64,000 nt of DNA from Tubiluchus corallicola (GCA_030141605.1 JAQGDQ010000447.1:124001-188000); one strand, 5' to 3'. Shown: positions 27,045-41,305, numbered from the stretch's first letter. Numbers and translations: made by a program. Notes: generated from the sequence alone by a model not told the origin.

Positions 27045-27626
27045 GTTTACAATACCCCACACAAGCAAGAAATTAGAGTTAGGATTAGGATTAGGGTAAA
27101 GGGTTTGTTTGTGTGTTTGTTGTTTGTTTACGTATTTCTTATCAACACAAATAGACAATTAATACATTAAAAGAAACAAAGTTATCAACAAACAGTAGGA
27201 TACATAATAGGAAGCAAATTTTGGAAAAAATAATTTAAACTGTCTTTAGACGTAGGTCAACCTATGGTAAACAACGTTATGTACAGGGTAGGGTTAGGGT
27301 TAAGTTAAGGTTAGGGTTAGGGTAGGGCTAGGGCTAGGGTTAGGGTAGGGTTAGGGTTAGGGTTAGGGTTAGGGTAGGGTTAGGGTTATGGTTAGGGTAG
27401 GGTTAAGTTAAGGTTAGGGTTATTGTTAGGGTTAGGGTTGCGTTAGGGTTAGGGTAGGATTATGGTTAGGGTTAGGGTAGGGTTAGGGTTAGGGTTAAGT
27501 TAAGGTTAGGGTTTGGGTTAGGGTAGGTTTAGGGTATCGTTAGGGTTACGGTTAGTGTTAGGGTTATGGTTGGGGTTTGGGTTAAGTTAAGGTTAGGGTA
27601 TTGAAATTATGAGGGGAATTGCAAAC
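27045..27626 (+). mobile_element. MITE family E with an internal degenerate (TTAGGG)n tract
   Basis: Imperfect TIRs gtttacaataccccac / gaggggaattgcaaac. TTAGGG-type array at ~27285-27600. Confidence 0.7.
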
Positions 27627-27810
27627 TCCTCCCAGAAATTAATTGAAAAAATAAAAATTCTTAATAAAAGACATTATAAAATCTTGTTATATGTTCTTCT
27701 AAGCAGTCCTACTGTGCTCATTAATTCCATAGCATGGCTGTATCTACGAAGTTTTGCTACCCATTGTTACGTATAATCCTATTATTTTCACTAACTGGTT
27801 GGGTAATATA

Positions 27811-28074
27811 GGTTTTGCATGTCAAATGTAGACCTACGTTAAGTCAAATGTAGATTTAGGTAATTCAAATGTGTTAACAATGGCTTTCAACAAATCTTGA
27901 GCACTTTTGGTAAGTCAGATGTAGACACATGTCAAGTCAGATGTCCTATGTCTACATTTGACTTACCCAAGTCACATTTGAGTTACCAAAACACATTCGA
28001 AATTCCTATGTCTACATTTGACTTACCTAAGTCACACTTGAATTTTCCCGTGTCTACATTTGACGTGTAAAACC
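27811..28074 (-). mobile_element. MITE family A, short deletion derivative
   Basis: Both TIRs with TATA flanks. Confidence 0.9.
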
Positions 28075-28509
28075 TATAGTGGTACAGGTTCACGAATAAA
28101 ATTTTTCGTAAACATCCTTCCTTGCAGTTTCTCTGGTTTCCATGAATTTCTACGACTCAATAAAAATATTTTCCACGGTTCAAGGCTTACAAGATGAGTT
28201 TAGAAATATGTGCTGAATTTCATAATACTTCCGTAAAAATTAGAACAATGCAGAAGCTAGTAAAGGTTTTACAAAACCTGAGAGGAACATTTTTGCTGTT
28301 TAAAAATATGTTTGTTTGTGACGTCATTACTAGCTGCACTCGCCCGCCGTTAATTAAGTTTTTATCTTATTATTTAATTATGAGAAATGCTTTGGCGTTA
28401 TTATATGTGTTAAAATGTATATTTTACCGTCCTTCAAAGCAGGATAGGATATGAAAAGTCGTCCTGTTTTGCTTTAACATTTGTCTCTTACAAATATTCT
28501 GTCAGGTTT

Positions 28510-29368
28510 CTATGGCTTGTTGAAGACCATCAGGTAGACCACTGGACTATCATCAGGTAGTCTAAGCATATGTCCAATCCATCTTAAACGGCGTCTTTTT
28601 ATTTTTCTTGTCCAAGGTTCTTCTTTTATTTTTTCATATAGATCTTTGTTTGAAATTTTCTTTGGCCATCTAATACCCAAAATGTTTCTGTAATTTCGCC
28701 TTTGAAACGCATCGATTTCAGCTTTATGATTTGCTTTTAATGTCCAGAGCTTAGAATTATACAGAAATACAGTTTCAACTAAGGCTGAGAATATTCTAAT
28801 TTTTGTTTCCAAAGATCATCATCTCTCGAGTCACACGTCGTTTGACATGACCCTCCTGATCACTTTACTCCATGCTGCCCTGTCACCCGCAACCTCCCTT
28901 GTCTCTGTATTTTTGATATCTAATGATGTGTTGATAAGATCTTTTTGGATGAAATTGATGTAAGTCAGCAGCTGTCCTCCTTGCGGTTTCTTCTCTTTCC
29001 GAAGAATCATCATCATCATCATACGCCCGTCACGTCTATTGTAGACATTGGGCAGTGTCATCATCCAATGAATCATACGTCCAAGGACATGATTCTGCGC
29101 ACCTCCCTATGCCAGGACTCCCTACTCGCTGCATTTATTTCTAAGGATCAATGCTGAAGTGTTTAAATCTTTCCGTGCAAAATCTAAATATGTTAACATT
29201 TGTCCTCATGCAGGTTTGTTAGCTGGTTCCATGGCTTGTTGAAGAGCTATTTTCACTGGAACATCATCAGGTAGTCTAAGCATATGTCTAATCCATCTTA
29301 AACGGCGTCTTTTTATTTTTGTCCAAGGTTCTTCTTTTATTTTTTCATATAGATCTTTGTTTGAAATA
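28510..29368 (-). mobile_element. Scrambled RTE-clade LINE ORF2 3' fragments and tails
   Basis: KIRIFSALVETVFLYNSKLWTL...RRLRWIGHMLRLPDD and KKPQGGQLLTY...DRAAW, with two (GAT)n tails. Confidence 0.85.
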
Positions 29369-29835
29369 TGAAATTGGGCAGTGTACATCTACAGTGTAAA
29401 ATGGCAATATGCATACTCTTTCCTCCATGTGAAATTTTCGAAGTTTATTGTTTACACTAATCCAATCCAATCCATCACAATACACGTGAGTCAAAAACAC
29501 TTTCACGTGTTTGTTGTCTGGCAGTAAAAAGCTTATAGCGCTGTCTCTGAATTTGTCTAGTGTGCGTGCCTGCTAATAAACCTGTAATTACTCTTATACA
29601 AAAGACGAAAGCAGGGATTTGTACATGCTGCTAACACGAAAATGCTAACATGGAACCTATCTAGTTCTAACAAAAATACAACCACAGATCAATATGTATG
29701 ACGCCATTAAAAGGTTTATATAAGTTCGTTACTGTTATGTTATCAATCTTGCTACTTTTTATTAGAAGGTGCTATATATAGGTATATAAAAATTTCTAAT
29801 TATAATGTATATTTTATGTGTGTAGAACTAACCTA

Positions 29836-30594
29836 ATAAATGATGATGATGATGTTCGTCCTTCGAATCGAAGATGGCCATAGTGACAGGGATAAAAGGT
29901 CAGTTTGGGGGGGGGTGTCATTCCTTTGATGAGCTCGAAGGTGACTGATTAGGCCAATTCTGACCTGGAAACTTCTTTGGCATTTGGCACAGGCGAGGCT
30001 GGGTGTTTGGACCTGTTGTTGGGCAGTGTCACATGCCTTGCGTCTCCTGCGCTTCTCCTCTGCCTCCTCAATTCTTTTCGCCTCTGCTGTCTTAGCCCCT
30101 GTGGTGATGGCACTCCGCCATGCTGAGCGATCTTGTGCAAGGGTTTCCACTGAGCGAATAGCCATGCTGAGCTCCTTGAGTGAGTCCTTCAAGCTGTCTT
30201 TGAAGCATTTCTCTGGTCGTCCAACCTTTCTCTTTCTAGACACAAGTTCTCCATAGAGCATCTTCTTTGGTATGCGGTTGTCTGGCATGCGAATCACATG
30301 TCCTGCCCACCGTGTTTTAAGGAGGAGTGTATGGATGCTGGGGAGGTCAGCTCTTTTAAGTACCTCTGTGTCTGGCACCTTGTCCTGCCACTTGATGTGC
30401 AGGATTTTCCTCAGACAGCCCGTGTGAAAGTAGTTAAGCTGTTTTACGTGTCTCCTATATAATGTCCAGGATTCACTGGCATAGAGGAGAGTGGTGATGA
30501 CGACAGCTCTATACAACTTCAATTTTCTTATGGTTCTGATGCCTTTCCTGTCCCATACGTTGGAGTGGAGTCTTCCAAATGAACCACTAGCCTT
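29836..30594 (-). mobile_element. RTE-clade LINE 3' fragment with C-terminal C2H2 finger
   Basis: LYRAVVITTLLYASESWTLY...RWAGHVIRMPDNRIPK...CAKCQRSFQVRIGLISHLRAH, tail hairpin cttcgattcgaag and (ATC)n. Confidence 0.92.
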
Positions 30595-30954
30595 AAAAAA
30601 TAATAAATATATAACCTAATGAATATTACATGCATAAAACACTATCGTCCGCATATGACATATTGTAATTTTCTGCCCGCTTTTTTTCGCGGTAAATTTT
30701 TTAACACTTTACCTCAACTGTCAGCCAAGGTGTATCACGTAATTGATTTTTCTGGAATTTTCTCTCCAGCTAATGTATTTAAAGAAACTTGGTGTGTTAC
30801 TTATATAAATGAGAATTTTGCATGTTTACATACGATTCTCCTTCACAATTTTCAATCCATGTTAAATAATAAACATTGGTGAATAATGCCCATGCACCTT
30901 TCTACGTCTTCTTTGCTTTTCAATAATAAAAGTCGATTAATTCGACCACCCACA

Positions 30955-31231
30955 TGGTCGCGTTCACATTTGCTGGGTCGCGTTCACATTTGCTGGGTCG
31001 CGTTCACATTTGCTGGGTCGCGTTCACATTTGCTGGGTCGCGTTCACATTTGCTGGGTCGTGTTCACATTTGCTGGGTCGCGTTCACATTTGCTGGGTCG
31101 CGTTCACATTTGCTGGGTCGTGTTCACATTTGCTGGGACGCGTTCACATTTGCTGGGTCGTGTTCACATTTGCTGGGTCGTGTTCACATTTGCTGGGTCG
31201 CGTTCACATTTGCTGGGTCGCGTTCACATTT
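30955..31231. repeat. 20-bp minisatellite (~14 copies, gggtcgcgttcacatttgct)
   Basis: Directly visible. Confidence 0.95.
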
Positions 31232-31272
31232 AGTGAGGGTTGAGCTTTTCTGATGGAAAAGAGGCAAAAGAC

Positions 31273-32619
31273 AATAAGCATTTTCACAGTTTCGTTGTGC
31301 ACATGCGCAGTTGCTACGGGTCAAAGGTTAAGTGCACCACAGCAATGCGTCTTAGCTACACGTGGCTAAAGCAAAGCCGTCTGCCGCGTTAGTTCACAGT
31401 AACTTCAGTTGTTTTACGTGGATTCTACTTAATTGTGCATTAGCTCACGCGCAAAGTGATTTATTAGCAGGACCTTGCTTGAAAACAAGAAACAAGCTAG
31501 CTGTTAAAACTGTTACTATTACAACAGCTTGGGCTGCGTAGCGTTGTCAAGTGTACACGAATGCGTTGTCAAGAGTACACAAACGCGTTGTCAAGTGTGC
31601 ACAAACGCATTGTCAAGCGTACACAAACGCGTCGTCAAGTGTACACAAACGCGTCGTCAAGTGTACACAAACCCGTTGTCAAGTGTACACAAACGCGTTG
31701 TCAAGTGTGCACAAACGCATTGTCAAGTGTGCACAAAAGCATTGTCAAGTGTGCAAAAACGCATTGTCAAGCGTACACAAACGCGTCGTCAAGTGTGCAC
31801 AAACGCGTCGTCAAGTGTACACAAACCCGTTGTCAAGTGTACACAAACGCATTGTCAAGTGTGCACAAACGCATTGTCAAGTGTACACAAACGTGTCGTC
31901 AAGTGTGCACAAACGCGTCGTCAAGTGTACACAAACCCGTTGTCAAGTGTACACAAACGCATTGTCAAGCGTACACAAACGTGTTGTCAAGAGTACACAA
32001 ACGCGTTGTCAAGTGTGCACAAACGCGTCGTCAAGTGTACACAAACCCGCTGTCAAGTGTACACAAACGCGTCGTCAAGTGTACACAAACCCGTTGTCAA
32101 GTGTACACAAACGCATTGTCAAGCGTACACAAACGTGTTGTCAAGAGTACACAAACGCGTTGTCAAGTGTGCACAAACGCATTGTCAAGCGTACACAAAC
32201 GCGTCGTCAAGTGTACACAAACGCGTCGTCAAGTGTACACAAACGCGTTGTCAAGAGTACACAAACGCGTTGTCAAGTGTGCACAAACGCATTGTCAAGT
32301 GTACACAAACGCGTCGTCAAGTGTGCACAAACGCGTCGTCAAGTGTACACAAACCCGTTGTCAAGTGTACACAAACGCGTTGTCAAGTGTGCACAAACGC
32401 GTTGTCAAGTGTACACAAACGTGTCGTCAAGTGTGCACAAACCCGTTGTCAAGTGTACACAAACGCATTGTCAAGTGTACACAAACGCGTTGTCAAGAGT
32501 ACACAAACGCGTTGTCAAGAGTACACAACCTCGTTGTCAAGAGTACGCAAATGCTTTGTCTAGTTCACTTTGACCTTTTCACAATCATATCAATCACAGA
32601 AATTGTGAAAAGGCTTATT
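31273..32619 (+). mobile_element. MITE family B containing an expanded 22-bp satellite
   Basis: Both TIRs are present around the array. Confidence 0.88.
31541..32552. repeat. 22-bp tandem array (~46 copies, gcgttgtcaagtgtacacaaac)
   Basis: Directly visible; the source of the long spurious ORFs here. Confidence 0.96.
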
Positions 32620-33042
32620 GTCCCACGTACCTTTGGCTTGGCAGTACTGCAAGTAGCCCGTACCACTTCAGCACCCTACTTCGTAAGTGGAACGCAGAGG
32701 GTCGTTCCATGAACTAAGTTTCTGTAACTAATTCCTTTCTCATTCACTTGGAGCTCGAACTAAATTCATTACACCAAAATGAAACTTAGCTGGAACTGGA
32801 ACGTGTTCGTTTTTAAAAATTAGTTCCGTTTGTCAGTGAATGCCACGATGCCACGATGCGCTTATGTAGAGTCACGAAGTCCATAGTTACGTCATCATCT
32901 TCAAATGAATGGCGGCAACCACCGCGCCGCAAAATTTCTGTACATCAGCAGTATAAATAAACTTTATATGTAGTTTTTTTGCAAATTTCTTTGTTATTTT
33001 TTCTACGTTTAACTGACAACAGTAAAATAAATTCAACATATT

Positions 33043-33115
<73 letters not shown>

Positions 33116-33118
<3 letters not shown>

Positions 33119-33690
33119 ATCTTTATTTGCCATTAAAATACATTGATAATCAGTGATAAAAACTTTACAGAGATGATCAATCAGAGTTAGTTAATAAAAA
33201 CTTACACTGCTAAAGGCAAATGGGTCAGTGCAATCTAAACTACTGCGCAGTAATGACGAATAAAATCAAACATATTTACAACTATGCACAAAAAATGAAA
33301 AAATTATGATTTAATTAATATGGCCGTGGATATATAAATTCTGAATTAGTGTGTATGTTGTCGTACTGGTGTGATGGTACTTCATATCTGGTTAATATTA
33401 GTGATTTTAATTTTGTTTTAAATGCTGATAGGGACTTGATTTGTTTAACCTGTAATGGTAGAGAATTCCAAAGTAGAATTGCTTGTTTGATTACAGAGTT
33501 CGTTCCATGGTGGGTATTTGTCCTAATTTGTTTTAGATTGCTTGTTCTGGAATTAATGATAGGATTTGGAGAAAAGGTAAATCTGTTATTCTGGAATAGT
33601 TTGCTGATGTTGTTAATGTATTTAAATATAAAAAGCAGAGTAAAATATTCTTTGTGTGCTTCAATGATTGGGAATTTTAACGTTTTCTCA
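33116..33690 (-). mobile_element. CR1/L2-group LINE 3' end next to a (TA)n tract
   Basis: Reverse complement of the 22322 copy, extending further 5'. Confidence 0.85.
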
Positions 33691-34081
33691 GGTTAGTTGT
33701 TGAAGCTTTGAATTTTTGTCCACCTGCCTTACGTTAAGTCACTTGTTCTTTCCTTTAATCCAATGTGATACTTTAACCGATAATCCATCACACAGCCATG
33801 TCAACTCCCAAACCTCCTATGCGTGCAGCAATTTGCTTAGCCGTATAATTAACAAACTCGTCTCACAACAGTAGGGCGTCCTGCTTTACGGCCTCCTGCC
33901 TGCGACGAAGACCTAGAAATTTCCTCGTAAATTAGCCAAGAGCACGCTATAGCACGCCTTCTTCGACTTTGCCTGGCAGGTTCAGCTAGCAGAATGAAGC
34001 CAGCTACTCTAATGCAGAATAGATTAGCTTCTATATTATTAGTGCAAGTATTCAGGAGACATATCTTGGTCCTATAATATA

Positions 34082-34761
34082 GGTTTTACACGTCAAATGT
34101 AGACACAGGAAAGTTCAAATGTGACTTAGGTAAGTCAAATGTAGACATAGGAATTTCGAATGTGTTTTGGTAACTCAAATGTGACTTAGGTAAGTCAAAT
34201 GTAGACAGGAATTTCGAATGTGTTTTGGTAACTCAAATGTGACTCAGGTAAGTCAAATGTAGACATAGAATTCTACATTTTATTTGTCAACGTTTTACAA
34301 AAAATGTCGGCAGAAAAGAATAAATCGGTTCCCACTTCCCAATGAACAGTGAATCACTAATTAGTTTTTTAAGTAATGCATTAGCACTGCATTAATGAAT
34401 TAGTTTCTCTCAAGAAACATTGTTTATTTTAAGAATGTATTGTTTTCTCTAACAGTTCCAATGGTATGTAAAGTTTACAGAATATTAGTGAACTATTAGT
34501 AGACCTATAAAGTTATTATTTTCACAGCAATTATTAAATTAAGATTAAAGGAGATTAAATTTAACATCCTTAAGCTTTACCACCTATCCACATTTGAGAC
34601 ACCAATGTCACATTTGACTTACCAAAAACGCTTAAGATTTCTTGAAAACCATTGTTAACACATTTGAACTATCTAAGTCTACATTTGAGTTACCAGGACA
34701 CATTTGAATTACCTAAGTCTACATTTGACTTAAGGTAGGTCTACATTTGACGTGTAAAACC
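34082..34761 (+). mobile_element. MITE family A
   Basis: TIRs, TATA flanks, 60-bp and 39-bp subrepeats. Confidence 0.92.
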
Positions 34762-35013
34762 TATATAAGCGACAACTGTGACATTCAAAGCCAGATTAGC
34801 CTTTTTATGTACGGATTAATTCTTTAATAGGAGACTTTTCTGTGTTCAGATGATGCTATAATCACGCTATTTAAGAGTTACTGCTGCAACGTTTACTGTA
34901 TGTCTTTATGGAGTAATTATAGTAATGGCGTGATAAATAGACTGCGTATTACATACATCAATGGCACCAGAAAACTGTTTCGCTTAAACTACGATTGCAG
35001 TGCTCTATATATA

Positions 35014-35709
35014 GGTTTTGCATGTCAAATGTAGACCTGCGTTAACTCAAATGTAGATTTAGGTAATTCAAATATGGATAGGTGGTAAAGTTTAAGGATG
35101 TTAAATTTAATCTTCTTTAATTTCAATTTAATAATTGCTCTTAAGTTAAAATAACAACTCTATAGGTTCACTAATATTCTGTAAACATTACGTACCATTG
35201 GAACTCTTAGAGAAAACAATACATTCTTAAAATAAACAATCCATCTTGAGAGAAACTAATTCATTAATGCAGTGCTAATGCATTACTTAAAAAACTAATT
35301 AGTGATTCACTGTTCATTGGGAAGTGGGAACCGATTTATTCTTTTCTGCCGACATTTTTTGTAAAACATTGACAAATAAAATGTAGAATTGGTGTATATA
35401 TTAATAATTGTATAATTGTTAACTTATTTATGTACAACACTTTTAAGTGTTCTTATCAAATAAACATTTTCTTTACATTTGAAAAATTTATTAACGTCCA
35501 TACAAATAGTTGCAAATTAATTAAATATAATAAAAATTGATGCTGCCGATAGCACCATGACCATAAAATATAATTTTAGTTTGGTTTTATCTTTTTGTAA
35601 TTTGCACTTAAATGAGTTAATTATCGATTTATTCAAAGTACCGCATCTACATTTGACTTACCTAAGTCACATTTGAACTTTCCTGTGTCTACATTTGACG
35701 TGTAAAACC
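35014..35709 (-). mobile_element. MITE family A
   Basis: TIRs and TATA flanks. Confidence 0.92.
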
Positions 35710-36049
35710 TATATATTAATATATTGCCGTATATTTTGTCAGTCGAGTTCTCTTTAGCAAGTCAGTAAGATGCGGCAAAGATGTAAGTTTGATTTCTTCA
35801 TATTTCATATTATTATACATTTTCATTATAGCCGTTAATTATCTTTTTGACATTTGTTTAGCAGAAAATGTTTTTATTTGCTTCAGATAAAACGAAGTCG
35901 AGTCTCACATAATATGTCAGTCAGTCAGTCAAATATGTCATGATGTGATAGTGATTTTGAAATCAGACGATGATTGCCCATTTTGGACAATAAAAAATCA
36001 TAAATTACATCTAAAAGACTGTTGGACTTGAATTTAGCGCATGTCGCGC

Positions 36050-36227
<178 letters not shown>

Positions 36228-36866
36228 ATATATTTTATAAAGCACACGTTCAAGCATAACGTTTTGAATGAAGCTGTACAGTAAAATGTTATTGTTACAA
36301 TTGCACAATTAAGAAAATGTAACACTAAAGAAATTATTAAAATTTTTGCATAAAACACATAAATCGTTAGGGTGTCTAAATTGTGTGGATTTGTAAATTC
36401 GTTCGAAATCGGATACAAAGTACTTTAATGTGAAAATTATGAAAAGCTCAAGAATTCGCTGTACCTACAGATATAACATGAGATTGTACCAGCTCAGTAA
36501 TTTTAATCATTCTTTGTCGGCTCAAAATTAACAGTAGGGAGTTCAGTTAAATCCTGTTAATCCCCTTTTGATGAGTTTGACTGTAAAAGTTAACCATTCT
36601 GCTCTTGCGCATGCGCAGTGCGCTCCGCAGAGACGGATTGGCTTCGCGCACTTTCAGGATTTCCCAAACTTATAATAACAATACTGGTAATGATGAAGGC
36701 AGAATGAACGTAGAAGATGCGTTTGCTGGTTGTGTGAATTTTCGTAGCTACGCTGCATTGATTTTTCATTTGTTTGCGACTACAGTCTCTCATCATGGAT
36801 CTAAGGTAAGATTTAAACGTTGCGTCACAATGCATGTCAAACGTAGTACAGAAATCTTCGACTAAA

Positions 36867-37193
36867 CTTTACAATTCCCCACGCACAAAAAATTTGTTCG
36901 TGAAGCTGATTAGGATTAGGATTAGACAGGGCCTATTTCAGCCTAGGCGAGGCCCGGGGAAGTGGGGCGTGTGAGGCACCATGGGGGGGGGGGGGGGGTA
37001 GAAGTGCCGGGGGCCGGGCGCTACCATGGTGGGCGCCCAGAAAATTTCTGAACTGCTAGAACGCCGGAGAAGCATTTTCGAAGAGAAAATATGGAGTTAT
37101 ACAGTTGTTAAATGAAAGAACAATTGAAAGAAAAACTGCTTTATTCTCAAGATCAGTCCTTAATGTCAAAAGTGGCAAACGGCGCGCGTGCGG

Positions 37194-37282
<89 letters not shown>

Positions 37283-37354
37283 GAAAGTAGAGTGAAAGAG
37301 AATTGAAAAGAAGAAGAGAAAGAGAGAGATAGAGGGAAACAGAGAGAGAGAGAA

Positions 37355-37385
<31 letters not shown>

Positions 37386-37392
37386 CGCGAGA

Positions 37393-37442
<50 letters not shown>

Positions 37443-37645
37443 GCAGTATGTTCGCATAAAGCAAAAAAAATGTTACCTTGGCGCGAGGCCCCCTGTAGGG
37501 TGAGGCCCCGGCGAAGTATCCCCACTCCCCCCCTTGAAATAGGCCCTGGGATTAGGGTTAGTGTTGGCGTTAGGGTGACGGTCAGAGTTAGTTCTAGGGT
37601 CCAGGTTAGAGTTACGGTATTTAAATTTTGTGGGGAAATGTAAAC
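36867..37645 (+). mobile_element. MITE family E (telomere-like repeats) interrupted by a hAT element
   Basis: tttacaattccccac / gtggggaaatgtaaac ends, with (GGATTA/GGGTTA)-like internal repeats on both sides of the insert. Confidence 0.7.
36927..37548 (+). mobile_element. Non-autonomous hAT-type element containing (GA)n
   Basis: TIR cagggcctatttca; 8-bp TSD ggattaga/ggattagg (7 of 8 match). Confidence 0.85.
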
Positions 37646-37687
37646 TCCTTGCAAATCAACAAATTTCAAATTATTTATAAATTAAGA

Positions 37688-38140
37688 ACTCATCATCTTT
37701 GGTACTTCCGTTGTGCACCACTCATAATTCGATCTGCTGTCAACTGTCTAGACTCTACGTTATTTAAATCAAGTGGAGTATTTAGTAAGTCTTTCTTCAG
37801 AGCATCTAAATGTGTGATCAGCTGTCCTCATCTTGGTTTCTTCCCAGGTAATTAGTGCTTGATGTAATGCTGTAGTAAGAGGAGATTCCTGTGATTACAT
37901 AACGGCAGGCCCAATCCATCTAAGCCAACACACTCCTGTAACTTCTCTATAGCCTCACTCCCCCTTTCTTTCTTGTTCATTAAATTATATGGATCTTGAT
38001 TTGATATTTTCTTTGGCCATTTTATACCCACATCTTTCTGTACAGACGTCTTTCTGAAGACATTGATTTCATTTTTCTGAGCAACTTTGACTGTCCATAA
38101 TTCAGAATTATACAAGAATACAGCTTCTACAAGTGACGAT
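37688..38140 (-). mobile_element. RTE-clade LINE 3' fragment
   Basis: LVEAVFLYNSELWTVK...IKWPKKISNQD; same family as 51274-52925. Confidence 0.85.
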
Positions 38141-38889
38141 AACACTAATAGAATCTCTCCACCACTTTAAAAAGAAATTAAAAGAATATCAATATAACAG
38201 GTTTCAACTTCCACATTGTGCATCTGACACTAATTACACAGAATCAACTTTCATCTACCCCCCCCCACCCCTGACTCCATATAACAATTAAAAATGTAAA
38301 TTTTTTAAAAAAATTATGTAATGTAATACGTGTTATGTTAGTTTTGTAATGTCAAATGTATAAATAGTGTAAAATATGTCATGTAAAATTTAATGTACTT
38401 TTGTAATATTGTTTTGTAAAAATAGTTTAATATGGTGTTTGTAAATATGTTCATTTATTGTAAATAATTAGGCCTTAGTTTTGCACTTTAGTTTTTTTAG
38501 TATGCACTGGACGCATTTGTCTTGAACAGTGTTATTCTAACATTACGCTGAGGCTTACTCAATTTTATTATAATGAGTGAACCATTTTAATGACAAATAA
38601 AGAATTAATATATATATATATATGTGTGTGTGTATATTTAGTTTAGTTTCTGTAGTGAGATTCGGACTTTCGAAGATGTCTGAAATCTTTACAAATTAAA
38701 AACTGGTTACGCAGAGTTGAGTAACCACTTAGTCAAAATTAGCTGTCTAATTAGCTGAAACAAGTAATCAGCTTGAAAGATTTCGATAATTTTGGCGAGG
38801 ATTTGAGCCAGCAAATTATTGTTCTATCCACGTATAGATTTTGATGCTGAAATTAAGTAACGTGGCTTCTAAGATTGGAGTATAATATA

Positions 38890-39761
38890 GGTTCTACACG
38901 TCAAATGTAGACACAGGAAAGTTCAAATGTGACTTAGGTAAGTCAAATGTAGACATAGGAATTTCGAATGTGTTTTGGTAACTCAAATGTGACTTAGGTA
39001 AGTCAAATGTAGACATAGGAATTTCGAATGTGTTTTGGTAACTCAAATGTCTTAGGTAAGTCAAATGTAGATGCGGTACTTTGAATAAATCGGTAATTAA
39101 CTCATTTACGTGCAAATTACAAAAAGATAAACCAAAGATAGTCATCACCTCTTTCGTAAAAAGCGTTGTTTATCCTCAAACTAAATTCTTTGATAAACCG
39201 TAACGTCGGTAGAAAAGTATAAATTGGTTCCCACTTCCCAACGAACAGTGAATCACTAATTAGTTTTTAAGTAATGCATTAGCACTGCATTAATAAATTA
39301 GTTTCTCTCAAGAAATAGTGTTTATTTTAAAATTGTATTGTTTTCTCTAACAGTTCCAATGGTTTGTAAAGTTTACAGAATATTAGTGAACTATTAGTAG
39401 ACCTATAAAGTTATTATTTTCACAGCAATTATTAAATTAAGATTAAAGGAGATTAAATTTAACATCCTTAAACTTTACCACCTATCCACATTTGAGATAC
39501 CAATGTCACATTTGACTTGACATGTGTCTACATTTGACTTACCAAAAACGCTTAAGAATTCTTGAAAACCATTGTTAACACATTTGAATTACCTAAGTCT
39601 ACATTTGAGTTACCAAGACACATTTGAATTACCTAAGTCTACATTTGAGTTACCAAGACACATTTGAATTACCTAAATCTACATTTGAGTTACCAAGACA
39701 CATTTGAATTACCTAAATCTACATTTGAGTTAACATACGTCTACATTTGACATGTAAAACC
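38890..39761 (+). mobile_element. MITE family A
   Basis: TIRs and tandem 39-bp subrepeats at the right end. Confidence 0.92.
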
Positions 39762-41174
39762 TGTATAATGTTGAAGCTGACTTGAAACTGTTGATACTCA
39801 AACTTTTGGTTTTTAAGTTGAGTAATTTTATGATCGAATTGAGTTGCGTCAGGCTCATAGTGAGTAAATTGGTGCCCAGCGTATGCTATAGTTACTCAGT
39901 TTGAGTAATAAACACGTTCACTCAAGGTGTACGAACACACTCGTTTTCAAAACGTCCACTTTGAGTGGACGGTTTCGTTTTGTTTCACTTTTAAAATTTG
40001 TTACTAAGATTTGTATTAGATGTGAAAGAAGTAAAAATTGTTACCCTAAACACAAGTTAATGGAAAAGAGCGCGTGGAAAATGAGAGATAATGGTAACAA
40101 CTCAGTGAGTTTACTACTCAGGCTGAGTAACCTGTAGAAAATATGTTTTAGGGGCGAAAGACAGCAGTTTAAAAATTAATCGTTTTTGGTTGCTCAAATT
40201 GAGTAGCTTAATGTTCAAACTAAGTAAATTAATACTCAAATCTACTCATTTTGAGTATTAATTTACTCAGTTTGAGCAATAAGTTATTCGTGTTGAATGT
40301 GAAGTCACTCATTTTACCCATTAAGGCATTCTTTTTGAACATTAAGTTACTCATTTTAAACTTTAAGTTACCCTATTTTGAATGTTAAGTACTCATCTAC
40401 AACTGTAAATTTACACAACATTACATTAACAAAAGTTACGCAAATTTGTTGTTAACGTACTCAAATCTATGCAGTAATGCGAATTGAGTAGCTTACTGGA
40501 CTCAGTTGCTATTTGCAGTAACGAATAACGTACTCGTGTTGAGTAGCTGTATTTTCGAGTGAGTTCGTAGTATCTTGGTGTAACTAATACTCAGTAAACG
40601 CGTCAGATGTCGCTTCATTAATTGCAATAATTAATAAATTTGCTCGCTACATTTTATGGCGTTTTTAATTCTGATTCATCATCATATTGCAAAATGGCTG
40701 CCCGTTTCCATGACACTGTTTTTATCATTAAATTAGCGTTGTGATGCTGTGCATTAAGGCCCATTTGCGCGTTTCCCTTCCAACATAATTTGCATTTGAT
40801 TGGCATTCTGCACCCTTGTACGTTGTCGATCTTCTTCGTTCTTACGTTCCTCGTTCTTTCCCTTTCAAAATCCAATACTTTCCTTTTCTTTACGTAAACA
40901 TGCTATTCGTAAGTGTATTTTACATGGTGCATTTTGTTAAATAAATAACCTCTCGTGATAACATTGATTTGAATCGCGTGAGTTTTGCCAACCGAACTTG
41001 TTAGTAAAGATCAATTCAACAGACCAGATAGCTGCCGTGATTCAGAGATTGAGATTTTTTCTGTGACAACTATTGACGAATTTGGCCAGACGAAAAGAAA
41101 CTGTAAATGGGCCAATTTAACTTTTCATCGGTAATTCCCTGCTATGGTAAATGCTGTTCTGACTCTTTCGTAGT

Positions 41175-41176
<2 letters not shown>

Positions 41177-41231
<55 letters not shown>

Positions 41232-41305
41232 GTCGTCATCATCATCATCATCATCGTCGTTGTCATATATATATTGTTGACAATATATCATCATCATCAT
41301 CGTTG

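Noticed and set aside
27285-27600. True telomere or chromosome-fusion scar
   Set aside because: Degenerate, single orientation and enclosed by TIRs shared with other interspersed copies.
31529-32712. Three overlapping 340-383 aa ORFs
   Set aside because: Stop-free frames of a 22-bp satellite inside a MITE.
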